From the IMG/VR virus record IMGVR_UViG_3300037755_000497, positions 32,001 to 96,000 of that record: a stretch of 64,000 bases of DNA. The stretch is one strand, 5' to 3'. The notes beneath the pieces are model-generated. The model was not told the DNA's origin, ran no database searches, and saw only the letters and a list, made by a program, of their open reading frames with translations. The position numbers and the translations under genes were made by a program. Origin of the DNA: a virus. Shown here piece by piece: positions 9,379 through 17,657 of this stretch (within the stretch, counting starts at the first letter, position 1; each line of letters starts with the position of its first letter).

Positions 9379-11267
9379 TATCTCTTACCTTTATTTTTTA
9401 CTGACCTAGATTTCATTCCATATTTCTCTCTAAATTTTTGTACTGCTTTATCGTAAGAAAGACCCGAATCAAAATACTTTGCTTTACGGCCGTTGAAATT
9501 TAACAAGCATGAACCACCGTCACCCCATCTGGAAGTAACATGAACTTCTGTGACAGTTTCCATTTTTGATTTTGATTCTTCTGCATTGTCTTCACCGTAA
9601 TTGTCATTTGTCTTAACCCTTCTGTGCAAGATAACTAATGAATCCAAGTCTTGGTAAATTGAAGATGAATCTTTTAAATCGTTAGCTGTTGGAACTCTAT
9701 TGTTTTCAACTTTTCTTGGTTGCGCAATTAGCACAAATAATATACCAAGTTGTTCTGCTAATAATTTAAATCTTCTAGTTACTTCACCAATTTTATCTTT
9801 TACATTATCACCACGAACTAGGAAGTGTAAGTGGTCAAAACAAACTGCTTTAACACCGTAACGATGTACAACATTTGTTATCTTCTCACACATAGCTTCT
9901 AATTCAATTATCCCGTCTTCTGGGTAACCAAGGTACATAATATCCGCTGGGTTTTCAAACCTTGCTTGCCGTATTTGTAGTTCTGTTAAGTTATCGACAT
10001 GTGTAAAATCTGAAACAGCATTAGCAATAGTTTTTTCGGCCATTCTTAATTGTCTCATTTCACAACATTCAATATAAGTTGGTATCCCTTGTTTTCCCAA
10101 ATCTAAAAACCAATCAGCTACCCATGTTGTTTTACCAACTTTTGGATTCGCTGTTACTACAACAAAGTAACCAGGTTTAGAACGTGGTAAAATCCTATTT
10201 ACCCTTTCCCATCTTGTGATAAATCCAATTAGTTCATCGTCATCAGCTGTGTGCCTAAGTTTAATTAATTCCCTGTAAGCATCTGTCAACGACATTACAG
10301 ATTTTACTTGGAATTGTTTTGCTAATGTAACTAACTTCCTAAAGTCCTTTTCCGTATATCTTGGTGCTTGCTTATCTTTATCCCAAAAATACTGGTTGGC
10401 ATCTTTTAATAGTTTCTTCTCCCCTTCTTCTATTATCTCATGCTGGGGCAAAAGAACGTTGTAGCACCTGTTCATTCCAAGACGCTTGGCCATTTTTTCA
10501 GCACCATCTTGACCGTCAACATCATTATCGTAAACTAAATTAATTCTCTCAAATCTTTCAAGCCTTTCATACCATTCTGGTTGCATGGCCTTTGCACCAG
10601 TAGTAACAGCTACAACATTTTCAAAACCAGCGTTCCATAGTGCTATGGCATCAAGTTCAGCTTCACATAGGAATATTTCTTTTATTTCCTGGTTATCTAA
10701 TATTTCATCATGGAAAAGGGAAGACTTGCCACCTGTTATTCTACGCCACTTGAATTTCTTATCTTTAAACTGGATGGCCCTGAATTTTACGTTGACAAGC
10801 ACCCCATTTTCCCAGAAAGGAAGTGAAACGTATTCATACCCTTTCTTCTTCCAAGAACCTAGCATAAAATGCTTGATTGCTTTCATGGAAAAACCACGTT
10901 CATTTATTAAATAATCTTTCGCTTTCCTTTTACTATTCTCAATTTTATTAAAATATTTATGTGCCAATGTCTGGTCAATATCAGCATCTTCATGTTCATC
11001 ATTACTTGGTTTTTTAAGTTCTATATTTGCACGCTCATTGTCACCAGTTAATTTGTTAAATTCTTTCTGTAGTGACTTTATAGAACGCCCTTTAACACCG
11101 CACCCACCATTAAGACAATTCCAATAACCATAATAAGCGTGGTTGTTATTATTATTAATACCAAACCTTTGCCTATCATCATCACAGAATGGGCAATCAG
11201 CTTGCAAGTTATTACCGACTTGTAAAACCTGTAAACCTTTACCTTCTAAATATTCCCTTAAGTCCAA
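9378..11267 (-). CDS. Primase-helicase (T7 gp4/Twinkle-like: Zn finger + TOPRIM + SF4 helicase)
   Basis: CPFC..C...C Zn finger; CEAELDA and YDNDVDG (TOPRIM), KDAN; ANPKVGKT, FDHLH, AQPRK, LKDSSSIYQD. Confidence 0.93.
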   Translation of the reverse strand: MDLREYLEGKGLQVLQVGNNLQADCPFCDDDRQRFGINNNNNHAYYGYWNCLNGGCGVKGRSIKSLQKEFNKLTGDNERANIELKKPSNDEHEDADIDQTLAHKYFNKIENSKRKAKDYLINERGFSMKAIKHFMLGSWKKKGYEYVSLPFWENGVLVNVKFRAIQFKDKKFKWRRITGGKSSLFHDEILDNQEIKEIFLCEAELDAIALWNAGFENVVAVTTGAKAMQPEWYERLERFERINLVYDNDVDGQDGAEKMAKRLGMNRCYNVLLPQHEIIEEGEKKLLKDANQYFWDKDKQAPRYTEKDFRKLVTLAKQFQVKSVMSLTDAYRELIKLRHTADDDELIGFITRWERVNRILPRSKPGYFVVVTANPKVGKTTWVADWFLDLGKQGIPTYIECCEMRQLRMAEKTIANAVSDFTHVDNLTELQIRQARFENPADIMYLGYPEDGIIELEAMCEKITNVVHRYGVKAVCFDHLHFLVRGDNVKDKIGEVTRRFKLLAEQLGILFVLIAQPRKVENNRVPTANDLKDSSSIYQDLDSLVILHRRVKTNDNYGEDNAEESKSKMETVTEVHVTSRWGDGGSCLLNFNGRKAKYFDSGLSYDKAVQKFREKYGMKSRSVKNKGKR

Positions 11268-11268
11268 T

Positions 11269-12420
11269 TTATTTATCCCTTAATTCTTCTATATACTCAA
11301 TAACGAATTCTTGTATGGCCTCTGTCCTTTCAGCTTGACATTGCTGGACATATAGTGCTTCAAATAATGAAGCTGTCTTCTGTCTTATTTTTTCATACCT
11401 TTTCTTATAAAGTTTGTTATCTTGTAAAGGCGTTGATTTTTCTTCATCAGTTAATTCAATTTCTTCTAATTCTTTAGTTCTTAAATAATCTAATAGCCTA
11501 TCTTCGGCACCACTAGTAGAAAGGTGGTTTGGCTTTGGAAAAACACCATTACCTTCATTAGCGAATTTCAAACCAGTAATCTGGGCCTTCAAAAACTTTT
11601 TAATCGTAGTTTCATTATCATTTATAATGTCAACTGCTAGTAAAAAGTGTTTAAAATCTTTTCCAGTCTGGGAAGGAACTCTAAGAACTTTCTGCTTATA
11701 AAATTCTTTCCTAAGTTTCGCCCAACGCTTTGCTAATTGTAACGCTTTTTTAATTCTCTTACTTTCAACATCTGTTACTATTTTTTTCTTTTTAGATTTC
11801 TTCTTCTTTTCTACAATTTCTACTTCATAAGAAGGGTGCCCCTTATTTTTCTTTAATTCATTTTCCCTATACTTTATTAAAGCATCACTCATAACTTTAA
11901 ACTCAACAGCTGTTACATTATCACCCCTAAACTTATTGCATCTACCACAACAAGGTAGGACATTATCAATTGTATATCCTTTAAAATTATCTATCCTATC
12001 TAAACCGCACCCAGCTTCAAACCCAATTGTTTTTACGTTACAATAGTAGCAATTTTTATTAATTATTTCAGTGTAATCACTCTTTTTTAGATTAAAATTA
12101 ACACCCCTTTCATTCGCCTGTGATTTCGCTCTATTAAATCTAATTAATGGTTTCTTTGTAGCATCCGTTATACAATTTATGCATCTTCCTAAGTATCCAT
12201 CCTTCCTGCTAGCATCACTGTTAAAAAAAGATACATCTTTTATTTTTTTACAAGCCGAACATTTCTTTTCTGTAACTATTAAACTACAGGCAACAGATTT
12301 TGCCTGTTCTTTCTTGCATTGCTTACATTGGTTTTTAAAACCTGTTTTACTTTTTGTACGTTTATCAAAATTACTAATTGATTGTTTCTTTTTACAAGTA
12401 GTACATTTTTGTTTCTTCAT
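11269..12420 (-). CDS. HNH endonuclease (two Zn-ribbon repeats + HNH) fused in frame to an unknown replication-associated domain
   Basis: CTTC..CKQC, CSAC..CINC, CYYC...GLDRIDNFKGYTIDNVLPCCGRCN, followed by ~190 unrelated residues. Confidence 0.75.
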   Translation of the reverse strand: MKKQKCTTCKKKQSISNFDKRTKSKTGFKNQCKQCKKEQAKSVACSLIVTEKKCSACKKIKDVSFFNSDASRKDGYLGRCINCITDATKKPLIRFNRAKSQANERGVNFNLKKSDYTEIINKNCYYCNVKTIGFEAGCGLDRIDNFKGYTIDNVLPCCGRCNKFRGDNVTAVEFKVMSDALIKYRENELKKNKGHPSYEVEIVEKKKKSKKKKIVTDVESKRIKKALQLAKRWAKLRKEFYKQKVLRVPSQTGKDFKHFLLAVDIINDNETTIKKFLKAQITGLKFANEGNGVFPKPNHLSTSGAEDRLLDYLRTKELEEIELTDEEKSTPLQDNKLYKKRYEKIRQKTASLFEALYVQQCQAERTEAIQEFVIEYIEELRDK

Positions 12421-12560
12421 ACAATTACCCTTATTAATAAGACCCAGGATGTATTTAGCACCCTGGGAATAAACGGTGTTCCACCAGCTGTCAGAATTAA
12501 ATTTGATTTCTCAATCTTCATCCTAATTTTTGGTAGCTTTTTTTGCATTGGTCGATGCAC
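12417..12560 (-). CDS. Short ORF (47 aa, not in track); possibly the detached N-terminus of the gene invaded by the HNH
   Basis: GTG start behind a GGGGG RBS-like run; MHRPMQKKLPKIRMKIEKSNLILTAGG...; its stop overlaps the HNH ATG (ATGA). Confidence 0.5.
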   Translation of the reverse strand: MHRPMQKKLPKIRMKIEKSNLILTAGGTPFIPRVLNTSWVLLIRVIV

Positions 12561-12586
12561 TATTTCCCCCACCGTTTAAAAGAAAA

Positions 12587-13684
12587 TTATTTTTTCTTTT
12601 TACCTTTTGATTTTTTCCCTGATTTTTTATCAGACTTCTTTTTAGTGGAAACTTTTTCTTTGTTTGATTTCCCACCTAACTTCTTCATTGCCCATTTCTT
12701 CAAGTCATCTGTTTTACCAATTGAGGTTGGTTTTTCAGCACCTAGAATTGAAACTAACATTAGCAATTCAGCATATTTTAACTTATCAACACCAGATGGG
12801 TTCTTTTTAAGTTTAGCTACACTTTTTTCCATTTCGGCCCGTTTAGCTTCCCTTTCTTTCTTCTTATCATTAGCAGTTTTACCTTTTGTGTCAGTTTTTG
12901 CTTTTGATTTTTTTCCTTTCGGTGCTTCCTTTACTTTTGACTTTTTACCTTTTTTAGGCTTTTCGTCTTCGTCTTCATCTTCATCTTCGTCTTCATCTTC
13001 GTCTTCTTCGTCTTCGTCTTCATCTTCATCTTCGTCTTCTTCTTCTTCATCTTCGTCTTCGTCTTCATCTTCGTCTTCGTCTTCATCTTCGTCTTCGTCT
13101 TCATCTTCGTCTTCGTCTTCATCTTCGTCTTCGTCTTCGTCTTCGTCTTCTTCGTCTTCTTCGTCTTCTTCTTCGTCTTCTTCTTCGTCTTCTTCTTCGT
13201 CTTCTTCGTCTTCGTCTTCTTCTTCGTCTTCTTCGTCTTCTTCATCAGAATCATCTTCATCAGAATCATTTTCATCTTCATCAGAATCATCATCTTCTTC
13301 GTCTTCTTCGTCTTCTTCGTCTTCTTCGTCTTCATCACCATCTTCTTCATCATCTTCTAAAGATTCTTTACAATATGGACAATGATCTTCACCAACTAAA
13401 ATATCAGAACCACAAACTGGGCAACCACCAAAGCTTCCAGAATCTTGGCCTTCGGCCGCTGCTAATCTTACAGTTTCAATTTGGTCAGCGAATAACCTGG
13501 AAGCAACAAGTGTGTTTGTAACACCAGCTAACTCTGTTAAGAAATGCATTAAGTTTAAATCGTCACCAGCTGGCACTTCAATTTTCTGTGCTTCACAAAA
13601 CTTTTGAAGCGCACCAAATAATTTTTCATAGTTTGGTTTTGATTTCTTTTCTTTTTTTGATTTTGTTTTTGACTTCTTAGCCAT
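12587..13684 (-). CDS. Zn-ribbon protein with ~130-residue Asp/Glu tract, basic segments and C-terminal HeH/SAP/Rho-N-like motif; candidate histone chaperone
   Basis: CPVC...CPYC; acidic tract; VDKLKYAELLMLVSILG...KTDDLKKW; strong RBS (GAGGT). The ORF is secure; function is inference. Confidence 0.6.
   Translation of the reverse strand: MAKKSKTKSKKEKKSKPNYEKLFGALQKFCEAQKIEVPAGDDLNLMHFLTELAGVTNTLVASRLFADQIETVRLAAAEGQDSGSFGGCPVCGSDILVGEDHCPYCKESLEDDEEDGDEDEEDEEDEEDEEDDDSDEDENDSDEDDSDEEDEEDEEEDEDEEDEEEDEEEDEEEDEEDEEDEDEDEDEDEDEDEDEDEDEDEDEDEDEDEDEDEEEEDEDEDEDEDEEDEDEDEDEDEDEDEKPKKGKKSKVKEAPKGKKSKAKTDTKGKTANDKKKEREAKRAEMEKSVAKLKKNPSGVDKLKYAELLMLVSILGAEKPTSIGKTDDLKKWAMKKLGGKSNKEKVSTKKKSDKKSGKKSKGKKKK
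12964..13357. repeat. Imperfect (TCTTCG/TCTTCA)n repeat encoding the Glu/Asp tract
   Basis: Directly visible; includes 18-bp units TCTTCATCTTCGTCTTCG. Confidence 0.95.
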
Positions 13685-13723
13685 TTGATACCTCTTTTTT
13701 TTATTTGTTAAAAATCCCTGTTA

Positions 13724-13915
13724 TTAAAAATCTGTAGCTTTAACAGTTTTCCTATTATTATTAATACATCTTTGCTGGGCATCAGCTATCATAAGGTAGA
13801 CTTTTTCATTTAGCTTTTCTAATGCTTCACTTGAAACATTAAGACCAGTTGACTTAAGTGCTTCTTTTGTTTTTGAACCTATTAACAACATTTCCTTTCC
13901 TTGCTTACTTCCCAT
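13724..13915 (-). CDS. Bacterial-type histone-fold protein (Bd0055/HBb-like singlet)
   Basis: LLIGSKTKEALKSTGLNVSSEALEKLNEKVYLMIADAQQRCINNNRKTVKATDF shows the histone-fold pattern with the RKTVxxxD signature and a short alpha3. Confidence 0.88.
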   Translation of the reverse strand: MGSKQGKEMLLIGSKTKEALKSTGLNVSSEALEKLNEKVYLMIADAQQRCINNNRKTVKATDF

Positions 13916-15458
13916 TTTTATTTCTCCTTTGAATTACGCTTACGCTACTGTAAGTGTTTAGAATGGTTTTACCTTTTCTTCTTAGCTTCTCACTTTTTGT
14001 ATCCCATAGAAAATCGAAAGTTGGTTTACTTTTTTTACCAAATAATTTCCTTAATACATCATCGTAGTCACGTTCTACCCTACCCTTCATCTGGTTAAAG
14101 TCTTGGATGTTTATAGGGATGGTGCATATACCATGGTCAAAAGTTTTTATACTTAAACCAGCAATACCTTTTCTTGTTGTTATTACAACATCAAATTGTT
14201 TTTTAATTCCCAGATTTATAATGTCAAAGAATTCTTTGTCAGCACTATATGCCAGCATAAATTCTTTCCAATCTTCTTTCCAATCTTCTTTATCGTTAAT
14301 TTCTTGTTTGCTAACGTTACCAACCAACAACTTCACACGCAAATTTTTATTTAATAATTTTTCTCTTAAATACAATCCTTGCCATCTTCTTTCAACAAAA
14401 ATAATTACTATTTTTTTCTTCTTGACTTTTTGAAGCGTCCTGTTGATTACAATTTTGTTCCTTTTTTTATCTCTGGCCATATTGTAAAGAAGTTCAGTGT
14501 TGTTACTTGTATCGTCATAATCATCACCATCGTAATCAGTTGGCACTAAATTTATTTTTGCTGGTAGCCTAGAACCTAAATCTGTATCAGGTATGATGTG
14601 AATTAATTTTCCAAACAAATCATAAATTAAATATTCTTTCCCATCTTTTCTTTTTTCATCAGCACTAAGTCCTATTCTAAATTTTGCTGGACATAAATCT
14701 AAACAACCATTGAATGAAGCCGCCCCATATCTTTGAACTTCATCAGCTATTAATATTCCACACACTGGGTAATATAAATCTTGGTTTGATTTGTTTCTTA
14801 AACTTTGAACCATACAAACATTTATTTTACCAACTTTCCTATTCCCAGGATAAGGTAAATCAGGGAAAGATTCTGTCCACGCTTTTTTTGTTGCGAATAC
14901 GCCACCAGCACCACCTATGTCTTCTAATTTTAAATTTAATAAATCATTTCTTAGTGCTTCTTTAATCCATTGTATCTGGTGAATCTTTTCCCATAGTACA
15001 ACTAGACCAACTTGTTCACTTCTTGCAATTGCTTCTAAACCTATTACAGATTTACCACAAGAACATGGGCCGCGAACAATTCCCTGTTTCTTTTTTAAAA
15101 TTATTTTTACAGCTTTCTCTTGGTCTTTTCTTAGGATTGTTTTTGAATCATATTCCGTTTTTTTTGTTACACGTTTAAATTTTATAACAACATCATGGTT
15201 TCGTTTTCTTAGTTCTTTTTTTATTCTTGGTAAGCAACCACGTGTGAATCTTATAACTTTTTTATCATCACTTATTTTAAAACTTTCGTAAATTTCAGGT
15301 TCATTGTCTGTTGGAAGCCCCATTCTTTCCATACGGATGTACATTGGGTTTATGTGTTTACATAATTTTTTTAGATTAAGGATTGCCCTTCTATCATCTT
15401 TTAAAAGTTTTTTGTAACTCAAACTTGCGTGTGAATCAACCTTGATTTTTACCTTCAA
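13905..15458 (-). CDS. SF2 helicase (UvsW/XPB-like)
   Basis: LRKDQEKAV, GPCSCGKS, DEVQ, GLSA..R.DG, QMKGRVER. Confidence 0.88.
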   Translation of the reverse strand: MKVKIKVDSHASLSYKKLLKDDRRAILNLKKLCKHINPMYIRMERMGLPTDNEPEIYESFKISDDKKVIRFTRGCLPRIKKELRKRNHDVVIKFKRVTKKTEYDSKTILRKDQEKAVKIILKKKQGIVRGPCSCGKSVIGLEAIARSEQVGLVVLWEKIHQIQWIKEALRNDLLNLKLEDIGGAGGVFATKKAWTESFPDLPYPGNRKVGKINVCMVQSLRNKSNQDLYYPVCGILIADEVQRYGAASFNGCLDLCPAKFRIGLSADEKRKDGKEYLIYDLFGKLIHIIPDTDLGSRLPAKINLVPTDYDGDDYDDTSNNTELLYNMARDKKRNKIVINRTLQKVKKKKIVIIFVERRWQGLYLREKLLNKNLRVKLLVGNVSKQEINDKEDWKEDWKEFMLAYSADKEFFDIINLGIKKQFDVVITTRKGIAGLSIKTFDHGICTIPINIQDFNQMKGRVERDYDDVLRKLFGKKSKPTFDFLWDTKSEKLRRKGKTILNTYSSVSVIQRRNKNGK

Positions 15459-15481
15459 CCAACACCCCTGTTAGAATTTTT

Positions 15482-15772
15482 TTAAACACCGAATAATTCC
15501 TTGAAAGGCAAATCAGTGTTCAACAAAATAAAATTTCCTTCGGGTTGTAGCAAGTCATCGGCCGCAAGTAAAACCTTTTCAAGTTTTTCTGCACCTGTAC
15601 CACTTAGCATAATTTTTTCATTGCGCTGTAGCAGTAAGGCCAAGTTATTCGTGAATTCACGAATTTTAGGGTGAATAATTTCAATTTCTTCAACTGCATC
15701 GACCATGCTTCTTCTTCCCATTTTTTTTCTGTGTTTAGTAATCATCAAGAAAATTTTCTTGGTTGTCAACAA
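15482..15772 (-). CDS. Hypothetical protein
   Basis: Co-oriented ORF in the operon; start uncertain. Confidence 0.55.
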   Translation of the reverse strand: MLTTKKIFLMITKHRKKMGRRSMVDAVEEIEIIHPKIREFTNNLALLLQRNEKIMLSGTGAEKLEKVLLAADDLLQPEGNFILLNTDLPFKELFGV

Positions 15773-15968
15773 AGTTTTCAGGAAAATATTCTGGCACGCT
15801 CTGCATTAAGTCCCAAACATCATCTAGGCCTTCCCATTGGCCATTAACAAAAACAAATATTTCACCGCTGAATTTATCCTGCGCATAAAGAAACCCATCA
15901 GTGCCATAGATTAAATCAAATTCATTTGCATTGAATTTTTTATTATTGAAATTTTCATGTCCCAGCAA
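15735..15968 (-). CDS. Hypothetical acidic protein
   Basis: Co-oriented ORF with an AAGGA upstream. Confidence 0.55.
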   Translation of the reverse strand: MLGHENFNNKKFNANEFDLIYGTDGFLYAQDKFSGEIFVFVNGQWEGLDDVWDLMQSVPEYFPENFVDNQENFLDDY

Positions 15969-16113
15969 TTTTTATCTTCCTTGATTTCGGTGTGGTAATT
16001 TAATTTTATCATGCCCCAAATTTTTTGGAAGTTTAAAAGTCATTTGGTCAACTGCTATTATTTCTGGGTATCGAACTTTGATTACTTCAAACGTTTAACT
16101 AACTCCAAACTTT

Positions 16114-16478
16114 GATTGCTGGAAAACATGTTACGTTAAAACATTGGAACATTGAAACGTTGGATTGCTGGAAAACATTCAAAACATAATTTCTGGTGAA
16201 AAACAAAAACAAGAAAAAATTGTTAGAAAATTTATTTTCTATATGTATTTATTCTATAATAATATATTCTATACTTAAGACCCCCCAAAATATGTTCCCG
16301 AAAAACTTGTTTGCGGTAACAGAATATGTTCCTGAAACGGTACAAAATATGTTCCTGAAAAACATACCTTTTTCGGTAACAGAATATGTTCCTGAAAACA
16401 TGTTTTAAAACTTAATTTGTATGTTTTTCGGTAACAGATACTAGGGGGTAGTGCATAACAGGAACATAATATGTTCCT
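16114..16478. repeat. Iteron-like repeat cluster with AT-rich tract; putative replication origin
   Basis: AATATGTTCC at 16289, 16323, 16346, 16383 and 16468; exact 24-bp repeat at 16314 and 16374; palindrome 16460-16478; GATTGCTGGAAAACAT at 16114 and 16163; AT-rich 16200-16277. Confidence 0.7.
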
Positions 16479-16899
16479 AATCAATTTTAAGTTTTTTAGC
16501 TGATTTCCTTAATTTACTTTCACCAGGAACAAGAAGCACTTCCCATTTAGTAAACTTGATTCTTCTTCTACCTAAACCATTTTCACCATCAAAAACTGAA
16601 ATGTCTGTATAAGATGTTAAACCATCTTTGGTTTTGATGTAGTAATGCGGCTTAAGCATTTTCTTCTTTTCCAGTGACTTCAAAATTATTTCAACACGCT
16701 TTTTTGGGTAGCCAAATTCTTTTACTATCTGGTGAACTTGAATCATTGAAATACCCCGTTCACCTTTTTTATTTGGGAATGCGCATTCTCTTAATAGTAA
16801 GTAGAAACTAAATTCTTGATAGGTTATCAGACCTTTCCTGTAGGCATGGTGTAATGCGAATAAATTAATTCTTTGTTTCTCAAATATAGATAGCTTCAC
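16477..16899 (-). CDS. Putative winged-HTH DNA-binding protein (initiator-like)
   Basis: ITYQEFSFYLLL...QIVKEFGYPKKRVEIILKSLEKKKML; adjacent to the repeat cluster. Confidence 0.55.
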   Translation of the reverse strand: MKLSIFEKQRINLFALHHAYRKGLITYQEFSFYLLLRECAFPNKKGERGISMIQVHQIVKEFGYPKKRVEIILKSLEKKKMLKPHYYIKTKDGLTSYTDISVFDGENGLGRRRIKFTKWEVLLVPGESKLRKSAKKLKID

Positions 16900-17303
16900 T
16901 ATTCTTCCCCTAGTTCTTTGAACAGTAGGTAAGAACGTTTCATTCCACGGATTCCAAGTTTCAAAGCTGCTTTATAATTATTTACTTTTAAAACTTTCCC
17001 TTCAACAACTTCAAATTCATAAATAGTAGATAGCAATTTTATTTTTTTCAGTTTTCTAATATGATAGTCAATTACTGAACCATCTATATTTTTTAAACGT
17101 TTTTTTGCTTGATTGATTTCTTCCAAACTTAGTTCATTAATTGGTTCTTTAATGTGGGCCAAGTCTGTTAACAGTATATAAAAGGCCGCTGTGGCCCATG
17201 ACATCGAACCCCTACTAACTAAGTTAAAAGCTACATCGGTTCTTAATTTTTTTAATTCTAACAAGTCCTGTTTGGACACTTTATTTCTTTTCATCACCAT
17301 CAC
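16899..17303 (-). CDS. Putative winged-HTH protein, apparent paralog of 16477..16899
   Basis: GSMSWATAAFYILL...HIRKLKKIKLL parallels the neighbouring gene. Confidence 0.5.
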   Translation of the reverse strand: MMVMKRNKVSKQDLLELKKLRTDVAFNLVSRGSMSWATAAFYILLTDLAHIKEPINELSLEEINQAKKRLKNIDGSVIDYHIRKLKKIKLLSTIYEFEVVEGKVLKVNNYKAALKLGIRGMKRSYLLFKELGEE

Positions 17304-17412
17304 CGTTTAGTTTAATGTACTTAATATGTACCACATCAATATTAGATGTCCAAGAATAGATAGGATTTATTACATGGTGTGTCTGGTAATAACCAGAAAT
17401 TAAAGGATAATT

Positions 17413-17487
17413 TAAGGTGGTGGGTAACTCAAGGAAGATGTTAGCATTATGAGGGCCAGAATCAAGGAAGATTCACCTACCACCTTA
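17413..17487 (+). ncRNA. Candidate structured RNA with two GGA-loop hairpins
   Basis: 13-bp outer stem TAAGGTGGTGGGT/ACCTACCACCTTA encloses TCAAGGAAGAT twice; the second copy is GAATC-AAGGAA-GATTC. Confidence 0.45.
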
Positions 17488-17600
17488 GAAAGTATTTAAA
17501 CCTACTTTATCTTATCAACCTTTTCAAGCCGCACAAGGTGCCCGTATTTTCCCATTTTAGATCGAATAGTTAACTTTATTGCCAGAAAGTGAAAAAGTAT

Positions 17601-17643
17601 GTTATACTTAGTTATACGATGTTATTGTATAACAATGTAGAAC
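17601..17643. promoter_or_regulatory. Cluster of GTTATAC/GTATAAC heptamers upstream of the plus-strand regulator
   Basis: GTTATAC at 17601 and 17611, GTATAAC at 17627, degenerate copies at 17621 and 17637. Confidence 0.7.
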
Positions 17644-17657
17644 GGGATGGTGATGGT

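Noticed and set aside
12440-12495. SAM-I riboswitch suggested by GGTGCTAAAT
   Set aside because: Other SAM-I elements (ATC...GAT P1, kink-turn P2, GCAACC) are not evident, and the downstream gene is an HNH.
12543-13385. Plus-strand poly-Ser ORF and alternate-frame ORF 12931..13353
   Set aside because: Same artefact of the acidic repeat; the same applies to 60271..60762 and 60479..60742.
16114-16484. Possible CRISPR mini-array, or ORFs 16196..16408 and 16275..16484
   Set aside because: Repeats are short, nested and irregularly spaced, without unique equal-length spacers or cas genes; the ORFs merely translate the repeats.
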